Below, one piece after another: positions 35,501 to 42,779 of a stretch of 45,517 nt of DNA. The number at the start of each line of letters is the position of its first letter. Positions within the stretch are counted from its first letter, which is position 1. The notes beneath the pieces are model-generated. The model worked only from the letters and a program-made list of their open reading frames with translations, ran no database searches and was not told the origin of the DNA. The stretch covers positions 1-45,517 of the forward strand of contig CAZEXE010000008.1 of the NCBI GenBank assembly GCA_964516645.1, in the 5' to 3' direction. This DNA is from an uncultured Candidatus Poseidoniales archaeon. Lineage in GTDB: Archaea; Thermoplasmatota; Poseidoniia; Poseidoniales; Poseidoniaceae. The translations under genes and the position numbers were made by a program.

Positions 35501-35918
35501 TGAACTTGATGAACTCGAAGCAGAACGTTCTGAAGCATGTGAATACACTACTTGTATCGAACAAAATGCTGGTACCGGTGACGGACCAGTAACAGATTCA
35601 GAACTAGATTTGACAGTTGTACTAATCGTGATTAGTGTAATCATTGCAGCTCTTCTAGCAGGACTTATGTTCATGCGTGGAGGCAGTGGTGGCACACAAG
35701 AAAAGATGGTTGATTGGGCAAATGAACTACCTGCAAACGATGCAGTTGCTAACTCAATGTATGGAGGAGCACAAGAAATCTTCCAGCAACCAGTAGCAGC
35801 ACCTGCGCCAGCAGTCGCTCAAGTTCCAGCTGGAGCTCCTCCTCTACCACCAGGCGGTCTTCCAGCAGGATGGACCATGGAACAGTGGGCATATTACGGC
35901 CATCAATACCAACAATGA
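32526..35918 (+). CDS. Surface protein (1130 aa): signal/anchor, thioredoxin-like WCGPC domain, CARDB-like and cadherin-like (NDAP) repeats, coiled-coil, C-terminal TM, Pro-rich cytoplasmic tail ending GWTMEQWAYYGHQYQQ
   Basis: The N-terminus is YSIVGLMLLSILASFGGLIA. WCGPC lies at 32709..32723. A CARDB-like segment reads DIGIQSFTADNP...VEATVINNGVDAY...VRFYY, and a cadherin-like segment reads INPINDAPRLD. TM is LTVVLIVISVIIAALLAGLMFM (35610..35674). Confidence 0.88.
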   Translation: MTTVRTTAYSIVGLMLLSILASFGGLIAEDETVVSELEKEPTEFQATSPGHPVFAEYMGAHWCGPCITATNNLKNLYTTNGGGGTQSADFTFVSFWESQTTGWPADSPINRRSHIQNAPGYTGGIPVTVFGDAPSGTYYTVGGQSYDSYYQNGGNMQNANDYALSVIQSENGNNMDIEITAVYSGSGTKNVHLYAAVTEEKGYEPYTAGSGSDHPPHLWKKWLLNSGNNGFETFTLSAGTPVTKSWTVPTSTARAVSGISSADNFLTVAALLDGDHTSHRNVVSAADSNMAPTIDIGIQSFTADNPNAPNGGYINGDVLNVEATVINNGVDAYSDGGDVRFYYKASNVKNYVGSTQTLSNFANPGDTQTFTGQIDTSSLPASAYQTTFGVELSSLVADKSGSNNDATEIIPHDLVPVTRKAQVIGNNQIERGNNFLIEAKTTFNDAVDINTSFFTFDVEVSLADMDQWISGDLIVGGDEVFQEGTSNEHRQYLVKPSMSMGAGDYDIRVRSIDSRMQTSDWQVTDNGFTLKNAMPVISSEPVPTVKVQTSTKVSVINNVNDAETDLDQLVITSSSPNFVAWHPATEEIEVYFENIRFVNGQPTASGIEIAVDDGTDTAIGTLLFNVIENGQPRWAGVEKQYVDEATSSSLYLLPYLSDTDNDGNVVSSDGLMLAIVDNSNAELLDVELNDFTLNFATSDDDINGETTITVRASDGEQYSDQLITIAINPINDAPRLDLSEYENLRLKVGTQKVIFLNEILTDVDGDTNEVTVTASNPTPGAARVNFLDNTLTLIWDTEGLQTVTIQTEDRYDSNIYTLVVDVYDSMPLLVGEGPDADVRVSVTNIYIGEVPEVTMFLNKDDVTITSLSSTWQMCNALTGVCSINEVHEHDITAKSVGWTFDPLDGGVDYNGLRNKDYVTVAKVTAIASNGDKFEFKGSSLKWTAEETAPGPESMSEEEVKELVAELDEAIATKKTQIEGLEEGSTEYEDATSELDELEAERSEACEYTTCIEQNAGTGDGPVTDSELDLTVVLIVISVIIAALLAGLMFMRGGSGGTQEKMVDWANELPANDAVANSMYGGAQEIFQQPVAAPAPAVAQVPAGAPPLPPGGLPAGWTMEQWAYYGHQYQQ

Positions 35919-35993
35919 TTGGTTTAAATAACTCCAGCCTGAACCTATGGCGTTTGCCAAACGGCTAAATTGGACTGTGTAGGAGGACTTATT

Positions 35994-38045
35994 GTGACCG
36001 AAGAGGATATGGCCGAAGTTTCCGAGTCTGTTGACGAGGATTCTGCTCCTGAATTTGAGGAAGAAATGGTCACCATTTGGAGTCCTGAAGCATCTGATAA
36101 TGTTGAATTGAACTCAACTCCTGTCGACGAATGGGTCCGAAGTGTCGAATTCAAATCTACCGAAGAAGTACCGATTCCAGAAAGATTAGTTGACCAAGTA
36201 ATTGGACAAGAGGCAGGTTCCATCGTAATTCGTAAGGCAGCAGAACAACGCAGGCACATGATGATGATTGGAGACCCTGGTACTGGAAAATCAATGCTCG
36301 CTAGATCAATGACTGAATTATTACCACAAGATAAACTCGAAGACATTCTTTGTTATCCTAATGACGATGACGAAAATGAGCCAAGAGTTCGCACAGTACC
36401 AGCAGGGCGTGGCGATAGAATTGTCAAGAGCCAAAAAGAAGCAGTAAAGATACAGCGAGAAAAGAGTCAGAAAATGTTGATGATTGGATTCGTTGCAATA
36501 GCATTCTTACTAGCAGTAGTTGCTCTTCAAAGCGGAGACATTCTTACTCTATTGTTTGGTATGCTTCTACTGATGTTTGGATATATGTTCCTTAGATCAA
36601 GGATGGGTGGAGCGGATGAAGCACGTATTCCTAAGGTGTTAGTAAAGCGCCAAGGACAGGATTCCCCTCCATTTGTTGACGCTACCGGTACACTATCAGG
36701 CAGTTTACTGGGAGATGTAAGACATGACCCATTCCAAAGTGGGGGAATGGAGACTCCTGCTCACGAAAGAGTGGAGCCTGGAGCCATTCATCGTGCACAC
36801 GGTGGAGTATTGTATATCGATGAAATTAACCTCCTAAGACTGGAGGAACAGCAGGCACTTCTTACTGCAATGCAAGAGCGAGCATTTCCCATTTCAGGCC
36901 GTTCAGAGCGCTCTAGCGGAGCTCTCACAAAAACCGAAGCAGTGCCATGTGACTTCATCTTAATCGCTGCAGGGAACCTCGATGCGATTCAAGGAATGCA
37001 CCCTGCTCTAAGAAGTCGTATCCGTGGATATGGATACGAAGTTTATGTCAACTCTCACATGCCAGATACTACCGCGAATCGACGTCGTCTGATACGTTTC
37101 ATTGCACAAGAAGTTTGTAGAGACATGGGGACTTCAAGAGAAATACCTCACTTCGACCGTTCTGGTGTTGCTGTTATTCTACGAGAAGCGCAACGTCGTG
37201 CTGGCCGCCGTGGTAAGTTGTCACTGAGGCTGCGTGAACTTGGTGGACTGGTTAGAATCGCAGGTGATTTAGCTTGTGAGGAAGGTTCTGAATATACCAC
37301 TTCTCGGCATGTGTTGGCAGCAAGAAACATCGCAAAGCCACTAGAACAACAAGTCGCTGACAGAATGATTGAGCGCAGGCAAGAATACTCACTGATTGTT
37401 AATTCAGGCAACAGAATTGGCCGTGTAAACGGATTAGCGGTTCTAGGTGCAGATTCGGGCCTATCCGATTACAGTGGAATCATGCTACCAGTAGAAGCAC
37501 TGGTAACTCCATCTCTATCTAGCGGTGGAAAGGTGTATGCTACCGGTGGATTATCCGATTTAGCAAAGGAAAGCGTAACAAATGTAAGTGCGGTAATCAA
37601 GAAACTAACTGGCAAAGATGTCTCTGATTATGATATTCACATTCAGTTTGTAGACACACATGGAGTCGACGGAGATTCTGCATCGATTACCATTGCTACA
37701 GCAATCATTTCTGCATTGGAGAATATCCCAATTCGTCAAGATCTTGCAATGACTGGAAGCCTATCTGTTCGTGGAGAAGTCCTACCTATTGGCGGAGTTA
37801 CTGCAAAGATAGAATCTGCTGCTAAAGCGGGAATCAAGACTGTAGTTATTCCACGTGCTAATGCTCAAGATGTTCTCTTGGACCGGCAATTCGAGGATAT
37901 CGAAGTTCTTGCTGTTGACACATTGGACGAGGTAATGGAACATGCTCTAATAATTGGAGACATGAAAACCAGCCTAGTGGAGCGCCTCTCTGCAGTTATC
38001 GATAGACTAACTCCCGATGTTTCGCCAAATAGCCAAGCATCTTGA
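35994..38045 (+). CDS. lonB: Archaeal membrane-bound Lon protease (LonB)
   Basis: It has Walker [10 protein letters not shown], a two-helix membrane insertion within the AAA+ module ([19 protein letters not shown]...[14 protein letters not shown]), Walker B VLYIDEI, protease Ser in GVDGDSASI, and Lys in [10 protein letters not shown]. The preferred start is GTG 35994, 7 nt after AGGAGG (35981..35986); the track start TTG 35970 and ATG 36009 are alternatives. Confidence 0.92.
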   Translation: MTEEDMAEVSESVDEDSAPEFEEEMVTIWSPEASDNVELNSTPVDEWVRSVEFKSTEEVPIPERLVDQVIGQEAGSIVIRKAAEQRRHMMMIGDPGTGKSMLARSMTELLPQDKLEDILCYPNDDDENEPRVRTVPAGRGDRIVKSQKEAVKIQREKSQKMLMIGFVAIAFLLAVVALQSGDILTLLFGMLLLMFGYMFLRSRMGGADEARIPKVLVKRQGQDSPPFVDATGTLSGSLLGDVRHDPFQSGGMETPAHERVEPGAIHRAHGGVLYIDEINLLRLEEQQALLTAMQERAFPISGRSERSSGALTKTEAVPCDFILIAAGNLDAIQGMHPALRSRIRGYGYEVYVNSHMPDTTANRRRLIRFIAQEVCRDMGTSREIPHFDRSGVAVILREAQRRAGRRGKLSLRLRELGGLVRIAGDLACEEGSEYTTSRHVLAARNIAKPLEQQVADRMIERRQEYSLIVNSGNRIGRVNGLAVLGADSGLSDYSGIMLPVEALVTPSLSSGGKVYATGGLSDLAKESVTNVSAVIKKLTGKDVSDYDIHIQFVDTHGVDGDSASITIATAIISALENIPIRQDLAMTGSLSVRGEVLPIGGVTAKIESAAKAGIKTVVIPRANAQDVLLDRQFEDIEVLAVDTLDEVMEHALIIGDMKTSLVERLSAVIDRLTPDVSPNSQAS

Positions 38046-38067
38046 TTCGACTGTAATCTATTTGCAG

Positions 38068-38086
38068 TTTTTTGAATTGATTTTTT
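38068..38086 (+). terminator. Two T6 runs (38068..38073, 38081..38086) 23-41 nt downstream of the lonB stop
   Basis: The sequence is gcagTTTTTTgaattgaTTTTTTctt. Oligo-T tracts are the usual archaeal intrinsic terminators. This is one of the few real intergenic spacers in the window. Confidence 0.6.
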
Positions 38087-38134
38087 CTTAATATGGGTGA
38101 TTAACTCAAGTATTGGAAATTTCTGTCTTCGCTT

Positions 38135-39556
38135 ATGGGAGAGAACACTAACTACGGAAGCAATCCGTCCTTTCATCACAAAATTGCCACTTTTTCTCAT
38201 TCAGCAATTATCCTGACAATTTTTTGTTTGGCAATGATACACCTAGAAAGTGTACTCAAACCGTTCTTCATTGCTCTCGGAATTTATTTTGTGCTTAAAC
38301 CAGGTGCTGATTGGCTTTCAAAGAACAACTTTCCAGTATTACTTTCATACCTAACAATGCTGCTATTGTTTATTCTAATTCTCATCTCAGCTGCATTCTT
38401 CGCTTGGTCTCAAGCTCATGGACTAATTGAAGATGAGGATAGACAAAAAGAGTACAATGACAAACTCGATGACAAATGGAAGAAATTGAAAACAGTTCCA
38501 GTCATTGGCCCTGCTATCACAGAATCCGTCAAAGGAGATAGTGACACAATAGGAGGTGATTTTGAGAGTCTAGGAATTGGTTCTGGTGGTTCTGCAACAG
38601 ATATCGTTGCATCAGTAGTCAGTCAAGTGGGCTCAATATTGACTACTAGTATCACAGTTCTATTCTTCTTGATATTCATAATTTTTGAAGCGCACTTGTT
38701 ACCAGGGCGTATAGAAAGGGCATGGCCAGGGGCTTCTACTGAAAGGGTAGAAATTGTTCAAAACCAGATTGAAGAAGGTATCAACACCTACATCATTGTA
38801 AAAACCGGTTGTGGGCTTGGGAGTGCATTCATTGCAGCGATGATTATGTTCATGTTCGACATAGATTTGTGGTTTGTATGGGCTGTTATGACATTTATTC
38901 TGAATTACGTTCCTTACATAGGGTCTCTAATTGCTACAATTCCACCACTTATTCTAGGGTTGATTCTCTTAAGCCCTACAATGTTACTGATAATGACAAT
39001 ATTACTACTAGTCAATCAACAAGTATGGGGCAATTACATTGAAACTAAATGGGCAGGAAGGGCCCTAGATTTGTCCCCAGTGGTACTGTTACTAATCACT
39101 GCATTCTCCTTCTGGTTATGGGGCATTCTTGGGATGATTTTGGCAGTACCATTATTTGCAATCCTAAAGATTGTACTAGAAAACATCGAAGAAACCAGAC
39201 CTATTGCAATCCTATTATCTGAAAGGGCACCGACATTGGAAGAGGCTTGGCAAGATGCTCTAAAAGATGGATATTTGTCTTCTGGTGAATTCCACAAACT
39301 TTCTGAATTACAAAGGACACTTGGTGTATCGGATGAAGAAGTCTCAAGAATTTCCAGTAGATCTGCTGCTCAAACAATACTAAAACGCGGAAGAGCACGT
39401 GCTGACGAAATTGAATTCATTATTACTGCAGTAAAAGATAGAGAAGAGTTCGCAGAACTAGGCGAGAAGATTAGCACTGGAAGGGTTCCAAAGAATCTTC
39501 GTGAGCAATTAAGCAAACTGATTGATGTTCTTGAAGAAGAATCTGAAGAGGAATGA
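38135..39556 (+). CDS. AI-2E family transporter (PerM/UPF0118-type permease) with a hydrophilic C-terminal extension
   Basis: 473 aa with multiple TM helices and the family motif LNYVPYIGSLIATIPP. The C-terminal ~110 aa are a charged helical region ending in EEESEEE. Confidence 0.8.
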   Translation: MGENTNYGSNPSFHHKIATFSHSAIILTIFCLAMIHLESVLKPFFIALGIYFVLKPGADWLSKNNFPVLLSYLTMLLLFILILISAAFFAWSQAHGLIEDEDRQKEYNDKLDDKWKKLKTVPVIGPAITESVKGDSDTIGGDFESLGIGSGGSATDIVASVVSQVGSILTTSITVLFFLIFIIFEAHLLPGRIERAWPGASTERVEIVQNQIEEGINTYIIVKTGCGLGSAFIAAMIMFMFDIDLWFVWAVMTFILNYVPYIGSLIATIPPLILGLILLSPTMLLIMTILLLVNQQVWGNYIETKWAGRALDLSPVVLLLITAFSFWLWGILGMILAVPLFAILKIVLENIEETRPIAILLSERAPTLEEAWQDALKDGYLSSGEFHKLSELQRTLGVSDEEVSRISSRSAAQTILKRGRARADEIEFIITAVKDREEFAELGEKISTGRVPKNLREQLSKLIDVLEEESEEE

Positions 39557-39826
39557 TTAGAGAGTTTCTCTAAGCAATTTTTCCAACTCAGTATTAATCA
39601 TTAAAATGAGTGTACCGAACTCGGGTGGAATGTTCGGATCTTCGTACAATTCCTCGAGTTTGGCCTGAGTTATTGCAATTCTGATATCCATTTCTTTGGA
39701 TTTGTTCAACAGCCATTGTTCGCAAGCATCCTTCGCGCCTTTGCGAATATTTCTAGGAACTTTAGGATCGTCAATCTGGTTGATTACTGTGGCAATTTGC
39801 CCCAACTTAGTCTCAATGTCGGACAT
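39557..39826 (-). CDS. UPF0147-family small archaeal protein
   Basis: 89 aa. The sequence DPKVPRNIRKGAKDA...IRIAITQAKLEELYEDPNIP matches my recollection of the UPF0147 signature (D.SVPRNIRR ... DPN+P). Confidence 0.7.
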   Translation of the reverse strand: MSDIETKLGQIATVINQIDDPKVPRNIRKGAKDACEQWLLNKSKEMDIRIAITQAKLEELYEDPNIPPEFGTLILMINTELEKLLRETL

Positions 39827-39906
39827 AACTCACACCTGCACAAAGTACCGCGCACAGTCGCCTCAAGCGTGTCGCCTTTAAGGTGATTGCCGCCACCCGT
39901 CCTTTC

Positions 39907-40887
39907 ATGGATTCAGCGGAAGTCATCTCCTGGACCCGCCTAATAGTACTGTTTTGGGCTCTAGGAATCGCAGCGTGGCTCGACCACAAAGATAGAAGGG
40001 TTCCAAACGAATTTTGGATGACTTGGGTAAAGCCAGCAATTTTCCTCTGGGTGTTGGACCTATTGAATTCAGAGGCCGAATGGTATATTTTCGCCACAGC
40101 TGCAGGCATGGTCGCCTATGCATCTGTAGCAGTAATTGGTAGGCCTACATTCAATGACATCTTCTCCGGTAGCCGCTTAGACATTGCAGTAAGCCTATGG
40201 TATCTTGTTGGAATAGCGGGTGTAGTACAAGGTCTACTGTTACATTCCGATGAATCGCTACTATCAGTTATATCTGGAGAAGCCAGCGATACAGCAACAC
40301 TGTGGTGGTCAACATTTGCAGTATTCATTCCCATTTTCTTAGTCGACATGGCGTGGAGAATGCGATTGATTCATGGTGGGGCTGATTGTAAAGGATTGAT
40401 GTGGGTTGCAATATTAGTTCCTTCATGGTCTAGTTTGCCAATAATGTATCCTGAAGCAATGGAAAGCGCGGTTATTGCAATGCCGCCAGCAATCGCTTTG
40501 CTAGTTTGGGGAGGATTGGCATTCTTGGCTCTACCAATAATCATGGTTCTCAAGAATCTAAAGAACGGAAACACTACTCTCAAACTAATTTGGCATGCTG
40601 AGAGAATGCATATTGACAAAGTGATGAACAGCCATGTATGGCTGCTTTCCTCAATTGCTGAAATGCCAAGTGGTGAGAAGAAAATAATTCACAGAACCCG
40701 AGCACCGAGAAGAACTCCTACCAAAGAAAAACTGGCAACAGAAATCGAGATACTCAAAGAAAACGGCGTAGAGGAAGTTTGGATTACCAGAAAATATCCA
40801 CTTCTAGTATTCCTATGGCCGGCAATAATTCCACTATTCTTAGTGGGAGGACCAATGGCATTCATCATGCCATTACTAGGGCTATGA
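39907..40887 (+). CDS. A24-family aspartic peptidase (archaeal prepilin/preflagellin peptidase, FlaK/PibD/EppA-like)
   Basis: It is polytopic, with a first catalytic Asp region WLDHKDRRVPNEFW and a second in HGGADCKGLM (the archaeal GGADxK variant of GxGD). The preferred start is ATG 39907, 28 nt downstream of the TATA-like CTTTAAG (39875..39881), which implies a leaderless transcript. The track start GTG 39883 is the alternative. Confidence 0.75.
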   Translation: MDSAEVISWTRLIVLFWALGIAAWLDHKDRRVPNEFWMTWVKPAIFLWVLDLLNSEAEWYIFATAAGMVAYASVAVIGRPTFNDIFSGSRLDIAVSLWYLVGIAGVVQGLLLHSDESLLSVISGEASDTATLWWSTFAVFIPIFLVDMAWRMRLIHGGADCKGLMWVAILVPSWSSLPIMYPEAMESAVIAMPPAIALLVWGGLAFLALPIIMVLKNLKNGNTTLKLIWHAERMHIDKVMNSHVWLLSSIAEMPSGEKKIIHRTRAPRRTPTKEKLATEIEILKENGVEEVWITRKYPLLVFLWPAIIPLFLVGGPMAFIMPLLGL

Positions 40888-41120
40888 TCAACTGCCCTTG
40901 CGCTCGATGTTTTTTGGTCTTAGTCCCTTGTAACCACACTTGCGGCATGAAGAAGCGCGGACAGCATTACGTGCGTTGCACTTCATGCAAATCTTTCTGT
41001 GAAGCAAACGTGCTTCTGCCTCTGGGAATCGAGCCATGTGCCGCCGACCCACTCCCTGTATTTAATCCAAACCGTACTAAATTCACCCACTGTTTGAAGC
41101 ACTGGAGCCTCGTGGGGTGA
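40884..41120 (+). CDS. Cys-rich 78-aa miniprotein (putative multi-zinc-binding), translationally coupled to the peptidase
   Basis: ATG 40884 overlaps the peptidase TGA (40885..40887) as ATGA. The sequence is [78 protein letters not shown], with 10 Cys in C-x-C-x2-C, C-x3-C and C-x2-C-x3-C clusters. The next gene starts 3 nt after its stop. Confidence 0.45.
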   Translation: MINCPCARCFLVLVPCNHTCGMKKRGQHYVRCTSCKSFCEANVLLPLGIEPCAADPLPVFNPNRTKFTHCLKHWSLVG

Positions 41121-41123
41121 CTT

Positions 41124-41903
41124 GTGCGCATAATTAGATTGCCAGGAATACACCATGACGCTAACGCTGTCATCTTCGCTGGAAGTGGAAGCAATATGTT
41201 AGTTGATTCTGGTACAACTTGGTATCAAATGTTACAAGTCGAGAGAATCGCTGGCCATTTAGGAGAAGGAGAGGCAAATCTAGATCGAATTTTGTTAACT
41301 TGCCGCCGTTATCCATTTGCGGGTGCTGCAAAGTACATCTCTGAAGCAAATGGTGATATTCCGATACATATTCACAGTGATGCAATTTCAGTTTTGGAAA
41401 CCGGAGATTTCTATTCAACATGGGCAAATCGATATGATTCAGATATGCCAAGCACAAAATGCGAACCTGTTAGTAATGGAGATATCTTTGATTTGGGTGA
41501 TGGAGAACTGTATGCATTATCTCTACCCGGACACTGTAGTGACGGCATGGGCTACTTCGAAAAGAATCGAGGCGTTTTGGTCGCTGGTGCTGTTCTACCT
41601 AGAGCTGATAGTCCCTGTCGCTGGGACATGCCTGGGGGAAGTCTTCCAGAATTGATTGCGTCTCTCAAGACAATTCACGACCTCACTCCGAATAGTATCG
41701 TTCCAGCAAGGGGGCCCTCAATCAAAGGAATTGAACGCATCGATGAAGTGATCAATCAGCATCTCTCGTTCCTTGAAGAATGCCAAGAAAATGATGGTGA
41801 AGTTCCTCGAAGTTGGCCTAGGCCTGCTCGTACAGCCTACTTTTTGACCTCGGAGCCACCATGGCGGCTCAAGGAACAGGAAAAACTAGGCGACAACAAG
41901 TGA
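41124..41903 (+). CDS. Metallo-beta-lactamase-fold protein with degenerate HxHxDH motif
   Basis: GTG start. The MBL-like order of elements is NAVIFAGSGSNMLVDSGT, then LLTCRRYPFAG where LTHxHxDHxGG is expected (41298..41318), then IHIHSDA, then LPGHCSDG (third-His motif retained). Confidence 0.6.
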   Translation: MRIIRLPGIHHDANAVIFAGSGSNMLVDSGTTWYQMLQVERIAGHLGEGEANLDRILLTCRRYPFAGAAKYISEANGDIPIHIHSDAISVLETGDFYSTWANRYDSDMPSTKCEPVSNGDIFDLGDGELYALSLPGHCSDGMGYFEKNRGVLVAGAVLPRADSPCRWDMPGGSLPELIASLKTIHDLTPNSIVPARGPSIKGIERIDEVINQHLSFLEECQENDGEVPRSWPRPARTAYFLTSEPPWRLKEQEKLGDNK

Positions 41904-42383
41904 CTTTTGTCCAGTCCAAGCAACGACTTTCCTCTCCCATCCTTGCTGAATGTGTAAATCTTGTCCGATTATACGCAATGCTGAAGCGGGGCCATCTAGG
42001 TCAAACAAGTTCACAACACGGTTTGGAACGTTCTTTCCAACCATAGATACCGAACCATTTTCGCAGCCTACTAAGATGCTCTCACCACTAATTGATGAAG
42101 CACATAGCGAACGTATTTTGGAATCCCCTACAACGAATCGGTCAATTACTTCCATCGTTGCTAGAGAGATTAGGTTCACTCCACCATATACATCACCAGC
42201 AACAACTCGGTCAACCATTCCATTAGGTCCGATCAATCCAAGTAAAACACTAGCTGGTGCTGCAATTCTAACTCTTCTTTGTCTATCGCTTTTAGGCTTC
42301 CAAACAATTGTTGCGTCGTCCATTGCAACGACACAACCGTTTGCAGTCACCATCGAGCGTATTACTGTTCTCAATTGTCTCAT
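41886..42383 (-). CDS. Hypothetical protein, beta-propeller-blade-like repeats
   Basis: The preferred start is ATG 42383 (MRQLRTVIRS...); the track start at 42515 overlaps the upstream small gene. Recurrent beta-strand motifs are VVAMDDATIVW, VVAGDVYGGVNLISL and ILVGCENGSVSMVG. The opposite-strand ORF 41950..42435 is S/T/P-rich and looks less protein-like. Confidence 0.45.
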   Translation of the reverse strand: MRQLRTVIRSMVTANGCVVAMDDATIVWKPKSDRQRRVRIAAPASVLLGLIGPNGMVDRVVAGDVYGGVNLISLATMEVIDRFVVGDSKIRSLCASSISGESILVGCENGSVSMVGKNVPNRVVNLFDLDGPASALRIIGQDLHIQQGWERKVVAWTGQKSLVVA

Positions 42384-42451
42384 GACAACTGAATTGCTAG
42401 CCGTAGGTCTACTTTCATTTCCTAGACACTGGTAGTGAAAGTGAAAGTGAA

Positions 42452-42742
42452 TCAATAATGAGAATTCATATCGTCCTTGTTTTCCTTCTTCCAAACCTTG
42501 TAGCAATTCTTGCAAACTCGAACTCGGTTCTTACGTACTGTAAATGCACCTTCTCCCCAAGTATCGATTGCGTTCTCTTGACTCAATGAACGCCCACCCT
42601 TGTGTTTGTCTGCAAAGCCATCACAACTAGAGATGCCACAGGGGATCTCTCCTGGTTTCTCTTCCTTCTTGGCACTGGACTTCTTGCGTTTGCTAGATGG
42701 TATCCTGACTTTACGCTGGACACGGTTTGTACGGCGGCTCAT
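42452..42742 (-). CDS. Small basic zinc-finger-like protein (96 aa) immediately downstream of tfb
   Basis: It has a Lys/Arg-rich N-terminus (RRTNRVQRKVRIPSSKRKKSSAKKEEK), then C-x4-C (CGISSC) and C-x2-C (CKNCYKVWKK). The same-strand gap to the tfb stop is 37 nt. Confidence 0.5.
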   Translation of the reverse strand: MSRRTNRVQRKVRIPSSKRKKSSAKKEEKPGEIPCGISSCDGFADKHKGGRSLSQENAIDTWGEGAFTVRKNRVRVCKNCYKVWKKENKDDMNSHY

Positions 42743-42779
42743 AGGCTGATGGGGTAATATCCATCACATGAATATATCT

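Noticed and set aside
35951-35963. A near-palindrome CGTTTG-C-CAAACG upstream of lonB, considered as an additional member of the hairpin family.
   Set aside because: It has only a 1-nt centre, so no stable RNA loop can form. It is AT-richer and shorter than the other three. It could be a protein-binding palindrome, but the evidence is too weak to report.
40779-40883. The track start (40779) for the Cys-rich ORF, which would give a 113-aa protein overlapping the peptidase by 109 nt.
   Set aside because: The upstream 35 codons lie inside the last TM helices of the peptidase in another frame. The ATG at 40884 forms a classic ATGA stop/start overlap, so the shorter 78-aa version is preferred.
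41950-42435. A 161-aa plus-strand ORF overlapping the minus-strand 41886..42383 gene.
   Set aside because: Its translation is S/T/P/R-rich and lacks a secondary-structure pattern. The minus-strand frame gives a balanced, beta-strand-patterned protein and fits the tfb-strand gene order. The choice is still uncertain, hence the low confidence on the chosen CDS.
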